The notes under the pieces were generated by a model. The model worked only from the letters and a program-made list of their open reading frames with translations, was not told the origin of the DNA and searched no databases. A program made the translations under genes and the position numbers. Source: Lama glama (taxonomy: Eukaryota). From it: a DNA stretch of 64,000 nucleotides. How positions within the stretch are numbered: the stretch's first letter is position 1; every line of letters begins with the position of its first letter. The stretch spans positions 67,830,001 through 67,894,000 of the forward strand of contig CM052817.1 in assembly GCA_028534125.1 (NCBI GenBank), read 5' to 3'. Positions 24,346 through 37,384 of the stretch are shown piece after piece.

Positions 24346-27300
24346 TAATTTTAAAAAATGTAAAGCAACCTGAAAAAACCATAAAAAGAAAATAAGCTAG
24401 ACAGTAAGAGTATTTTCTGTTTCTCCTTTGGGTGGCTGCAGTGTTTCACTCCAAGTCCTCTATTGACACTTGGTTTTTCAACCTGAGGTTAAGGAAGTAA
24501 CCTAATCTCCTTCTTAATTGACTCATAATCCTATTTGCAATGAACAGTTAGCACCAGTCCATAAGAAAGGTGAGTGGAGGAGGGGTGGGGGTTGTTCACA
24601 AGGCGGTCAGCAGGCGAGCTTCACTCAGTGCCCATGAGACGTCAGAGGCTATGAGCCAAATTCATGTACCTGCAGACTCTGTGCCTTTCCCCAGAGTATT
24701 GAAGATGAAAAAGTCTTGTTTGGTTTTATGTGAGGATTTCTCTCCTCATCACTCCTCAATAAATGAAGGATATATATCCTCTTCATTTAGGAAATGAGTG
24801 CTTATCATAGAAAGTTGTATTTAGCCAGCTGTTACACTTAGATGATTTATGTCACCTCTGACCTGCTTTCTGATAAAGCATGACTTCATTCATGGCTCTG
24901 GAGATGACCTGTGTACACTGACCCGGCATAAACCTAGAGTGTTAAATCATTTTAGTGACAGTTGTTGGAGAGAAGATTGACATCCCACTCTGAGTGTCTG
25001 CAGTGAGGTTCTGTAAAGCAGCTGCATTCCTAGTGAGACCTGGTTAAGTTCATCCCAGTATTAGGTTCTTCAGTATTACTCATCTTTCTCAGAAGGAAAG
25101 AGGTTCTTCTAGCATGCAGAGTATCTGGCTTTTAATGGCTGCCAAGCTGAGAGAACATGCATATACTAGTGGTTGCTCATTTGTTTCCCTTCTCATCTTT
25201 TACTGACTCATTCTTGGAGGTTAGAGTATCTATGCCTTTCTGGTCAGCTGACAATTGACCTTTCTTAGATATGACACGCTTACGTCTCCAAGTATAAGGA
25301 GTTAATGTTCCAGTTGTCATTTAGCTGCTCATCCCCTCAGAGTCCATGATGAATCAAGACATCTAGTATTGATTTCCACAGCCTGTCAGCCTGAGTCAGC
25401 TTGGCCCAAAGGGCTTTCCCCAGACATCCTTCTCTAAAGGCAGAGTCACCTGCTCCTTTTTTCCCCAAACTCCAAGCTCAATGATGGTTTTGAAATGGTG
25501 ATTTTAGTCTTTCACTGTCTAAAAATACTGCCACACATTCCAAAACCTCAGTCAGTAATACATAGATGAAAGTAACATGTTCTCACATTCCTGCTCTCAT
25601 ACTTGCACATGTATAAAATATGTGCACACATGTTCTATAATTACTGAGCTCTTTTGTTTTAAGATATATAGTTTCTTTGTTTTACAAGGGAGCTAGCTTA
25701 TATTGATTTATTTTAGAGCTTAGTTTTTACACTCTGGGATATCATGACACTCAAAAAAAAAAAGTTCTGAAGTTTAAATATTCTCCACCATTTACCTGTC
25801 TATCCCATCATCACAAATAGTATTTTACATTTTTATTGATATTGCCCTTATTGTCATTCTTTATAACTCCAGTCTTCATATTTATGCCTCTGTGTTCAAG
25901 TTGCTTTCCCTACCTCGTGTCCTACTTTAATTTTCATTCCTCGCTTGCCTCTACCAAAGTAAGTTTAAAAATAGCCACTGGTGCCATTAATCATTATTAT
26001 TATGCCCATTTCTATTTCTACCTAGAATGTTTTAAAGCCCTTAACAAAGTTTCCATTATTCAGTCCTCCTTTCTAAGCTATGACCTGTGTACTCTTTGGC
26101 CAAGTCTTTTTGTTATTTTCCTTTTTGGAGTGTATGTTGTGTGTGTGTGTTTCTGTGTGGTCATGGTTTATAAACTCTCAAATTAGTCACAATTACTATG
26201 CTTTCAGAGGAGTTTCTTCCTCTTGTGAGTTTCTCGATGATTTTCACTTTGTCATGTGATGAAAAATGTGTGACAAAGAACTGTAGCAAAATAGTACTTT
26301 CCTACTTGCTTGCACTCTTCCGTTTTAGACGAACTGGTAGTTGACAATCAACTCTTCTATTATTTTGGTTTCTACAACACTGAGGTTGCTAGGTGATTTT
26401 AATCCCTTTCAACAAGAGAACAGTCAACAACAACAATAAATTCCTGTTCTCTTGATATTTGTATGTTTCACCTAGAAGTAGCAAATAAAAAAATGATATA
26501 AAGCATTTTTTTAAATGTGCAGTTCTATATGGACCACATCCTACATCTCTGGAACATGGCATCAAATACTTTTTAATTATGCTGCCATTTCCTCAACATT
26601 ATGATCTGCTTGTTTTTAAGAAATCAACTTCTAAGCAACGGTAGGTGTACTCCACCTCCAGGAAGTATTTGAAAATCCATTTTAATTTGAAAATGATAGT
26701 TTTACGAAAACACTATATCGAAATTTTGTTATTAAAGTATCTATTTGGATTTCTCAGTTATTTATATGACTTCCAGTCTTAAGTGTGATCGAATATACAG
26801 CTACTTATACTAAACATTTTCTTTATTTAGGGAAAAGTGTATTTACATTCTGTCATCCTGGTCATGACCTGAAAGTTTAACCTTATATTTTAGTTTTTAA
26901 ATAAGTTAAAAAATCACAAACATTTTACATAATTTTCATGTATAATTTTAAAAATTAAAAAGAACCTTTCATCTTTAAGTTTTATTACTTCCATCAAATT
27001 TTCTTCATGATGTTTCTTTCTAGCTGCTGCCAAAGTTAATAGTTACATTTTCTCTAATAACAAGCGGTATTTTAACAATTGCTAAATGCCTTTTTTAAAA
27101 AAAACTCCCTTATTTAAGATTCATACAAGCAACAAGAGCTGGTATGCAGCAGGAAAACATGAGTGTGGCTGTGCTGATGGTTGCTGAAATATTTCTGAGG
27201 TAGCCAGAGAATTCTGCTGCACTAAGATACTGTAGCTCCCGCTCCATGACTCCCTGGACCTCCCCACAATCCTGCAGCTAAAATAATAATGTGTGACCCG

Positions 27301-29294
27301 TAGGTGGCCCCTAGGACCCTCCTCCCTCACTAAGACCCATGTTTGACATGCCAGCTGTTAAATATTTTGATTATCACTCATGTATAGCAAGAGGGTCACA
27401 ATTTATTTATCTTAACTTGATGTTTGCTGAACTGTTTTTAGGAATACCTTAAGGTACAAATATTTTCTGTCATGTTAGTGACACTTCCCATTTTGTAAAA
27501 TGCATAATTTGTCTTTTAACAATCCAGGTAAAAAGTAAACATAACTAGAGTTTTCCTAAATATTCTGAAATATTTTCTATGTACTTTAAGGAGAAAGAGA
27601 AAATTAGAATTTTGGGAAATTTGTGTTTTCCAGTCACCTTCCTTTGCCTTTTTATTGGAAATAAAGTTTGATGAAATTTCCTTGTTTACATTTTTAGAAT
27701 GAAACATGTAGACAGTATTATAACTGAAGTAACATTGGTTTTAAAAAAGTGATGTATCAAACATTGGCAGTTATATAGTATAAAATTTCATTTTATACAC
27801 AGTTATTCTCACTGATCCTTTGGTGTTTGTATTGATGTTATTAATGTACTGGCTTTAAGCCTTAGTTCATATGACTTGCAGCATCCTTGCAGATGGTATT
27901 CTTTGGGCTATAAATAACTTACATAATAATCAATGATTAAAAATTCATTCTTGAAAAATTATTCTTTACTCCTCATCTATCTAAAAGAAATGGTAAGGTG
28001 GGGTTAATATACACCTAGTAATTTCCCTAAAATGTAGGAATAATGAATTCATCTTTAAAATACCTTGGTTAATGTTATAGATTTGAAGCAGTTTTTTGTA
28101 AAGCTCTCACAGTCTACCAAGTTACTGATCCTCTATCTATGGCTGTTAAAAGTGGATGTAGCTGTTCAATCTAAATGAACCGTAGTAGTAGCCTCATTAC
28201 TCAGAAAAATTTAATACGTCATCTCATAATATTGTATTACCAAATCTAAAGGCACAGGATACTCATCGTAGAAGAATTTTTTTGAACTCAGTAAGCATTG
28301 TGGCTATTAGTTTACAGTTACCTTAAATTATAGTACAATTGAAGGATTATTCGTTATAAAGTTTTAATACTGAATGAATTTATTTATTTATTGCCTTTTT
28401 AAAAACACATTTATCATAGTATGTTTCCTGTACAGTAAAGTATACATATTTCAAATGTATAATTTGATGAATTTTGATAGATGTAATACTGAATGAGTAT
28501 ATTTAAATTGGGATAATCCTACCAATATAATTTTGCTTGTGTTTTTACACTGTATTTATCTGTGTAATAACTCTTTTTCTTATACATGTATTTGTTCCAT
28601 CTGTATCGAATTAGATGGTATCTAAATCATAGAATCATAATGCCTTAAACACCATAAAGTCTGGTTTGGGAAGAGATAATACAATTCAACATATTATAGA
28701 CTTCTCTAATCCTCAGTTTCCTTAAATGCTTGGCTCAAGGTCATGCTGCTATGGAGGATTAGTGGCAGAATTAGAACCTGAGCTGGAGTTATTCTTTGGT
28801 TCTCTCTCTTACCTTCCTACTTCAGTAGTTTGCTTATTTGTTTATGGGTGAGAGTTACGGATGAGAAGTTTCTTCTGAGATTCAGCTCGAAACCTAGCTT
28901 CTAACAGAAACGTTGTCCTGCAGTCAGCCATTTAAATACAGTCACCAATAGCGAAAGTTCCTTGTGTGGAGAAAAAGGAAATAACAGATGAACTACTAAA
29001 ATCAGGGCACACACTTTTCTTCACCTCTTTCCTCTTCTTTGTCCTCCTCTTCTCCTCCACTACATGGAAGTTCTAGAGGAGATCCCCAAAATGCTTGGAC
29101 ATTGGGAATGGCAATTCTGTTGCAGAGAATTATGTTTCCTGTTTTAGTGGATGAAAAATAAACTATATCCTCTACTGGCTTTTCAGAGTTAAGACATTGG
29201 GCACACCTCCACTTGCTTATGATAGCCTTGTCTCTGACCAAAGAGGTCAAATATTGGCAAGTGTTAACAGTGTCACAGAAATGTTTGCTTTTCA

Positions 29295-29968
29295 CACTAT
29301 GGAAAACAATTCCTTTAAAAACTACAAATAGAGTTACCATTTGATCCAGCAATTCCACTCCTGGGCATATATCCAGAAAAGACAAAAACTCTAATTAAAG
29401 AAGATACATGCATCCCATTGTTCATGGTAGCACTGTTCACAATAGCCGAGACATGGAAGCAACCTAAATGTTTATCAACAGATGAATGCAAAAAGATGTG
29501 ATATATTATGTGTATATATGGATGTGTGTATACACACACACACACAATGGAGTATTACTCAGCCATAAAAATGAAACATTGCCATTTGCAGCAACATGGA
29601 GGCGCCTAGAGATGATCATACTAAGTGAAGTAAGTCAGGTAGAGAAAGACAGATATTACATGATATCACTTATATGTGAAATCTGAAATAATAATAATAA
29701 TAATACAAATGAACTTATTTACAAAACAGAGGCAAACTCACAAAGAAAACAAAGTTACAGTTACCAAATGGGAAAGGGGAAGGGGAGGGATAAATTAGGA
29801 GTATGGGATTAATATATACACACTGATATACTTAAAATAGATAAACAACAAGGATTTACTGTATAGCACATGAAACTATATTCAGTATCTTGTAATGAAA
29901 AAGAATATGAAGCTGTGCACCTGAAACTAACAGAATATTATAAATCAACTCTAGTTAAATAAGAAAAA
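29295..29968 (+). mobile_element. LINE-1 3'-end fragment
   Basis: GATCCAGCAATTCCACTCCTGGGCATATATCCAG...CATTTGCAGCAACATGGA...ATACTAAGTGAAGTAAGTCAG...ATAAACAACAAGGATTTACTGTATAGCAC. Confidence 0.9.
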
Positions 29969-30296
29969 GTTTACATTTCAAATGCAAGAATTTACATGTA
30001 CTTTTTCTGCTTGAATTTTACTCAGTATGTTCTTTTACTGTGGATTTGCCATCTTGGTTTTTAAAGAATATCTACTCCCTCATAACTTTTGTTTCTGGAA
30101 GGTATGTAAATGGATCTGATAATATATTCACAGTGTCCAGTGAATTTATACCTGTACCTCTACATTTCTGTGTTTGGTTCTTAATTTCTTTGTGCACTGG
30201 AAATACTATGTCAGTTTATAACTGCTGCCTAATATTTCAGCTTCGTTTGGCAATTTTAGCTCTGTAAAGGCTGTTCATTAGAAGCAAGCTTGTCTG

Positions 30297-30316
30297 GTGT
30301 GTGTGTGTGTGTGTGT
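30297..30316. repeat. (GT)n microsatellite
   Basis: About 10 GT units read directly. Confidence 0.9.
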
Positions 30317-32696
30317 ATGCATATATACACATACACACATTTTATCTTAGTGGAATTTGTTCTGTAAATGCTTACTGAATTTTTCTTTGGAGTCACCACT
30401 TTGTCTTAGGAAGCACAGAGAGTAAGTATGTATAAGGATTTCCTTTAGTTTTCCTCTTAGATCTTTAACTACTGTAGTGATTTTTTTTTTTTAAGCATTA
30501 ATAGAACAGCCATTGCTGCCAAGTAGCCGACATCCTGAAATAGCACTTCCCTTTGGGCACCTTACAGTTGGGATCATTTACTTGTGGAGAGAGGGACCGA
30601 GATGGGTAGAGAATGAGCATGTGTACGTGCTTGTGCATGGTGGGGGCGGGGGAGAAGGGCAGAGGAGAACTGACTCCTGGGGATGTCCTGCTGAGGTCAG
30701 TAACCTGCTGTTCAGGGAACTTCCAGTCTGACCCCATTTAGACCTGGAGGAGGATCACATGGACAGGGAAGCAGCATGACAGCAGGAAGGAAACACCCAT
30801 TGCTGGGAAGCTTTGACAAGACCTGCAATGAGGGGGGACGAATAGTGCACAGGGGAAAGGAAGGACTAGATCCAACAGATTAAACATAGTGCCCTGTTTG
30901 TGATGGAAGTATTTAATGACTTGATCAGTGGAGGATCCATCGACTGAAAGGAGAATGTATTGAAGGCCCCAAAGGAAGATGTTTGTACACAATGAATAGC
31001 AGGCATTGATATATATGCATGTCTATAGTAGAGTGACTGGTTTGTAAAGAGAAGTTTTGTTTCACTTTTGAAGGAAAATATCCGCTTCTAGGGTTTGAAA
31101 TATAGAATAACTTACCTTTCACCAAACTGAAATGTATTCTTCATCGACTCTCCTACAAGCTGGTGGAGGCTGTGAAGCACGGTGGATAAGAGCACAGCTC
31201 TGGAGGCCTGCCACCCACAAGGTGTGTGCTAAGGGACAGGACTGATCGTGGTTTGAAGACTAAGTTAACTCAGAATGCATTCAGTAAAGAACAAATTGCA
31301 GAAAGATACTATCCTTTTAAAACACAGTGGATAGTTGATGAAGGTAAAATTACCAGAATAAGCTTTAATTTAGGGAAGCAAAAGAAAAATCTGTGTTGGA
31401 ACCACATCATCCTCAGAAAGACTGTGATTTTGACCGTGAGGTTTATTTCATTCAATTAAACATGTGGATATGTGGGAGCGAGAACATTTAAATATGCTCA
31501 CAGGCTTTCATTCTTATATTTCTCTCCTTTTGTCTCCGTGACTCTGACCTTAACCTGCTGTCGTTTGCAGCAGTTACCCTTCATGTTTTTTTTCTGTTTT
31601 TCCTTCTGAGTGATTTTGTTCTTATCATCTCAGTATATCAGAGGGAAAACTCAATGTATAAGCAGACTGACAGTGTTGCACATTTTCTTTGAGACTGTTT
31701 ACAACAGCAGCCTAAGTAGTACTGATACCCAAAGCACGTGAGTCATCACTGTATTGATTCCTGAATGTTACCACGTTGGAGACTTTCCCAAACCGGACAA
31801 AGCCAGGATCACTGACCATTGAGGAACTGTGTTCTAATGGGAGCCTTGTGGTCTCTTCGAGGTGTACATTCTGTTTGTTGAGATGGCCTTGCTTTATAAG
31901 GGGGCTGTCTGGGGCATAGAAAACTGGAACTTCATGTTCTCCTTGATAATTTGCCAGCTTGGTTCCCAGCCAATCAGATAACTGCTTGTGGTGACACTTA
32001 TTTCTCCAGGACTCCCCATCTTGTGCCAGCCCTTAGAGAGCAGGCGCACTGAGCCAAGGGCACCGCTGTCCTGAATGCCCCACAGTATAGATAAAAGTCC
32101 AATCCAAAAATCCAACACTAAGTCCCAATAAGACTCTGAGTGTAAAGAATACATTACCCATTTGGGGTTTGTATTACTATTTTAAACAGAAAACAGGAAG
32201 ACAAGTGTTTCCTTCCTTTCTCGATGTTTGGTCAATAAGTTACTAAACCCAGCCTTAGGAATCTAAGCATGTACAGACGGTGACCCTCCTCTAGTCCTAA
32301 TAATGCTGCTTTGATCTTTCCTAAAATCATTAAGTATTTCATTGTTTCCCACCCTAAGCTGAACTTTACCTGTCTGCTGATTATTTATTTGAAATGCATA
32401 GATTCCTCAAAAACATCATGTCAAAAGTATATTCTGTCATGTCAAATTCCTTTATAGAATTGTCTGATTAATACCATCATCCATCCAGATAGCCAAATTC
32501 AAAGCTTTATCACTATAATTGACTTTCTTTTTCTCCCTACATCTAGAGTGTTACTAATATCCACTTATTTCTCAACCAGTAATATTTCTCTGCTTGATCA
32601 TTTTATTTCATTTCCTCTGACACCCTCTTATTCAGAATTATATTTTATACCTGAACTACTGCAACAATGAATCATAACCCCTAAATATCCTACTTC

Positions 32697-33876
32697 ATTA
32701 CTCCCACTAGGATGGCTTTAAAAAAATAGAGAATAACAAGTGTTAGTGAGGGTGTGGAAAAACTGGAATCCCCATACAGCAATCCTCATATTGCTGATGG
32801 GAATGTAAAATGGCACAGAGGCTTTGTAAAAAACAGTCTGGCAGTTTCTCAAAAGGTTAAACATAGAATTATCATATGATCTAGTGATTCCACCCCCTAG
32901 GAATTCTACTCCCAAGAGAACTGAAAACATATATCCATACAAAAATTTATAAACAATGAACACCTATGTTGAAAGCGGCATTACTGATCATATCCTAAAG
33001 GTGGAAGCAATCTGTGTCTCTCAACAGATACATAGAAAAACAAAAGGTGGCATATACGTATAGTGCAATACTGTCCTACCTTAAAAAGGAGGGAAATCTG
33101 ACCCGTCACAACATGGATGAATCTTGAAGACATTATGCTAAGTGAAATAAACCAGTCACAGAAGGATAAATATGATTCTGCTTACATAAGATACCTAGAA
33201 TAGTCAACTTCCTAGGGACAAAGTAGAATGGTGGTTGTCAGGGGCTTGGGAGAGGGGAAAAGGGGGCGTTATTTAATGGGTACAGAGTTTGGTTTTCAGA
33301 AAATGAAGAAGTTCTAGAGATGGATGATGGTGATGGTTGCACCACAATGTGAATGTGCTCAATGCCACTTAAAATGTGGTTAAAATAGTACATTTTATGT
33401 TTACATTTATTTTACCATAATAGAGAAAGATTTATAAATTAATGTTCATAGTAGCATTCTTCATAATACCCCAAGTGTAGAAATAACCCAGATACGCATC
33501 ATGGATAGATAGAGTGTGGTATATCTATGGGGTGGGACTCTGCTCTGCTGTAAAAAGGAATGAAGTACTGATACATATTAAAACACAGGTGAAGCTTGAA
33601 AGCAATGCTCAGCGAAAGAAATCAAAACCAAAAAGCCAACTGTTTCATGATTCCATGTATTTGAAATCTCCAGAATAGGCAAATCCACAAAAACTGAAAG
33701 TTGATTAGGTGGAGGAGGGATGAAGGAAGACTGGATTTATTTTGGGAGTGATGAAATTGTTCTGGAATTTGGTAGTGGCGATCATGGCACAACTTTTTGA
33801 ATATACTGAACCCACAGAATTATATGCTTCAAAAGAATGAATTTTATGGTGTATGAATTATATCTCAATTTAAAAA
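32697..33876 (+). mobile_element. L1MB-like 3' region interrupted by a second L1MB-like 3' end (~32954-33425)
   Basis: Two successive L1 3'UTR termini; near-TSD AAAAATTTATAAA (32941-32953) / AAAGATTTATAAA (33426-33438). Confidence 0.8.
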
Positions 33877-33914
33877 ACCCTAAATCTTAATACATGACTT
33901 ATATGATGCCATGT

Positions 33915-34110
33915 TGCTAGAGAAACAGCACGTCCCAGTCTCAGCTTACTATTTCTAGCTATGCAACTTCGAGAAAATTAAGTGATCTCCCTTCTGACTC
34001 TGTAAAATAGGAATAATAATAACTACCTCTCCAGATGTTTGTGTTGAATGAGTGAACATACACAGTGCTTCTAGCACAGTGTCTGGCGTTTACTAAGAGC
34101 CCAGTAAATT
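33915..34110 (+). mobile_element. MIR SINE
   Basis: TTTCTAGCTATGCAACTT...CTGTAAAATAGGAATAATAATAACTACCTC...TAGCACAGTGTCTGGC. Confidence 0.7.
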
Positions 34111-34738
34111 TACCAAGACCTCCCGGGACATGAGCCTTCAGCAGCTTCCAATACTATTTCAGATACTGTTTCCAGATATTCTGGAAAATGGCCCAACTCC
34201 TTTGCCATTTTACCCATACTCTTTCCATTCTGGCTCAAAACTGCGTCTCCAAATCCTCCCAGTGCTCCTTTATAGAAATCCTTCAATCCGAATGGGCGTT
34301 TTAGTCTCCCCCAGTTTGCTTCGCATATTCTTGCAGCTGTGTCTTTCCCAGAAAACAATGCCCTGCCCCTCTTCCTCTTTCTCTGAATTTCACCCTGCCC
34401 TTAAAACTCAGCAGAAGCCTTTCCCCGTGTACTAATCTTTTCCCCTTATTTCAGTGCATGGTTATCTCTAGTTTTTGTAGCTCTCAGGATTTTCACTACA
34501 TCTTTGACCAGTAAAGCTTTAGTTTGGTTATATTTCTAAAGTATTTATGTGATTGTGTGATCTTTTGAAAGTATGCATCCAGCTAAGTTAAAGCCCCCGA
34601 GCACAGGGGCCACATGTTATGATGCTTTACTTTTTCCATAGCATTTAGCACATTGCCTTGATACAGTGTGTTGGGAATAAGTATTTCCTATTTGTGAGTT
34701 AAGTCAGTGCTGCACCTCAGCACGTACAAGGACTTAAC

Positions 34739-34881
34739 CTAGTGACTGTCAATCCTAGCTGCACCTTAGAGATACCTGGGGAGTGAGGCTTCATTTTAGG
34801 CCAACAAATCAGACTCTCTGAGCCTGAAGCCTCAGCTTTATCCCCAGGTGATGCTTTTATAACCAAGGCTGAGAACCATTG
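34739..34881. mobile_element. MER5-like hAT-Charlie DNA transposon remnant
   Basis: Degenerate termini TAGTGACTGTCAATCCTAGCTGCA.../...CAAGGCTGAGAACCATTG and internal AAATCAGACTCTCTG, CCCCAGGTGATG. Confidence 0.6.
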
Positions 34882-35215
34882 GATTCAGCAGATGAAGTAA
34901 TACAAGCCAGTGAGTCTCAAACCTAATTGATGGCCGCAATCAAGATGTGAGGACCACTAATGCAGGCAGAGATGCTTTGGATATTGCAAACCGCTCTACA
35001 AATATTAGACCATATATTATGGTGTGGTTGGGCGTTTCACTGCTTTGAGAAAGATCCTCCTGCCCCGAGTTTTTTCGCAGCCAGTGGCATGGTGGAAATA
35101 TCTAATTATAGGCGTCTAAAACCTTTAAACTCTGTGCAGTAGCTTTCATACCAGATGTACATGCCTTGTTCCTTTTGGCTAACTTAAAAATACTCAGACT
35201 CTGTGTCTTTTCCAG

Positions 35216-35360
35216 GCTGGCCAACATTCAGCAGCAGACCCTCCCGAGACTGTCAGTCGCCCTTGCTCCTGTTGAGCTGCCACATGTGGAAGCAGGAGAT
35301 GGGCTCAGCAGCAGCCAGCAGGCCATGATCCAGGAGGAGCAGTGAGGGGCAGAGCTGCTG
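35216..35360 (+). other. TET2: TET2 exon 2 (145 nt, 5'UTR)
   Basis: Branch-point-like CTAAC (35179-35183), acceptor CTGTGTCTTTTCCAG| and donor CTG|GTAAGA; sequence matches recalled human TET2 exon 2. Confidence 0.93.
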
Positions 35361-37129
35361 GTAAGACCCTGGGGACAGTCGGTACTTGCTTACAAGCGTA
35401 AGTTTATTCCTGATTTAATGGTCAGCCTCTCTTCCAGCCTTCAACTGTAAAGTTACTCTGAACTCTCTCAAATGCCTCTGTTACCTATGCTTAGGACACA
35501 TGGGTTAGATTTTAAGGTCTTGAATCTGTTAAAATTGTGTGTTGACTTTGATGTATATATTTTTTTTTCCTGGAGGAAAGATTTTTATCAGATTCTTAAT
35601 GTCTGTCATTTTTAATGAAAGAGAGATAAGAACCATTCAAATATAATGGTCAGCATGAGAAAGGTGCTGTCTCTAGCCACCTGTCTCAGTGTGCCTCCTC
35701 TCCATGTGGACCTCACTTACAGCCACTTTGTCTCAGTCTTGTTGAGGACCCCCCAGAAGTGCTATTTGTGGTCATTTGCTGGCCTGAGAAGTGAGCACCT
35801 CCTGAGCCTAGGCAGCTGGGTTTCACGACCGCTTGGCCTCATGGAACTAGCAGAGAATTCAAGCTTAGGATGACAGATCTCAGGAGAGCCTATGGGATTT
35901 GTTTCACATGATTTTCCTTAAAGTACAAATAGAGGTACTGACAGAGAGAAAGACACTTTTTTCATTATGTTCTTATAGTTGATTTTAATAAAGACTAATT
36001 TGTTCTGAATGCCACAAACCTGTTAATGAGTGTCCCAACCTAAGGTTTTGTTTTTTTGTTTGTTTGTTTTTTAATCAGATTATTATCATTTATATAGACA
36101 TGTGGAAGGAGGGAACTGGTGTATCTTTTTCCCCAAAATATTTATGATGAATGCTAGAATGAACTCTACTATATATACGTTTGCCTGTACCATAAGCCAG
36201 TTAAATGCATTGTAGGGAAAAAAATGCAGGCTAGCTGGAGAAAGAGAAGAATGAGGCTTTTTTCCCCCGTTCTATAACTCTTTTAGCAGGTAATTCAGCT
36301 TTAGTTTCACTGGATCTTGTTTATGCATTCAGCATAGCAAATCTTCTAAAAAGCCCGTGCAGCTGTAATCTCTGCCCTCACTCCAGATGCCTGAGGATAT
36401 AAGTATCCACTCTGCCATTTGATACTTCTTAGAGACTGACCTGGTGCTGAGAAATCCTTTCCAGGGTGTCCTCAGTTAAACTCCCATGATTCCTGGATGT
36501 TGCCATTTTCGAGACACAGGGCAAGTGCATCTGCCTAGATTACCTCTCTGCCCTGGGAATTTTAAGTCACTGTGTAAGGGAAAGAGAACTCAGCACAGTA
36601 GTAACTCTCAGAATGAAAAATTTCCCCTTGCATGTTAATGTTTTTAGAGTAATCATTGTCACTGAAAATAGACTTCCTCTTTCCCCTCTCATGCTGGAAA
36701 ATCTTAGGTAATTATGAATAGAGCATTCTCTGCTTTTCCCCTCCTCCCTTAGTGGATGCTCTCTGCCTCTCACTGTGGGGACTGTGGCTGCTCGTTCTGT
36801 GCTTGGCCTTAACATGAGAGTGGAGACACATTTTTAAGATAGAATTTTTATCTCTTTAGTGAAAGCATAACATTAGTCAGAAGATTTTCTCTTCTGGGAG
36901 GTGAAGGGTGGGTAAGTATGGAAAAGCAAAAGTTTAGGGAAAAATATAAGATAAATTACTGACAAAAAAAAAAAAGAGGCCAGGAAATTAAAATATTAGC
37001 TGTTACTTTTTTAAAACAAGATTTTCAAGTAACTCCTGGAGGAGTCCTTCTCTCATACTCAAAATAATCTAATTTTGCCAGTTTTTTTTTTTACAGTTGG
37101 GTAAGCTTAGCCTAGAACTTATTTTCAAT

Positions 37130-37330
37130 AGTGAATAAGCCTAAGGCTTAACTTTAGTCATATTTATTAGCTGTGTGTTCTTGGGGAAATTATTTAACCC
37201 CTTTAAGCCTTGTTTTATTTGGCAAAGGGGAAATAGGTCTGAGTTAAATAATAATGGAATTATATAATATCATATGGATAATATGTGCAGGACTGGGCAT
37301 ACAGTAAGTTTTCAATTTTAAATTAACATC
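37130..37330 (+). mobile_element. MIR SINE
   Basis: TTTATTAGCTGTGTGTTCTTGGGGAAATTATTTAACCCCTTTAAGCCT core. Confidence 0.7.
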
Positions 37331-37384
37331 TCTTTATTATTATTAATCACTGTTAGTAATGTTGCTTTTAGTTTTTTAATACTA

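Noticed and set aside
27297..27310. CTCF-like CCCGTAGGTGGC
   Set aside because: Mismatches to the core consensus and possibly within an old DNA-transposon remnant; not supportable from sequence alone.
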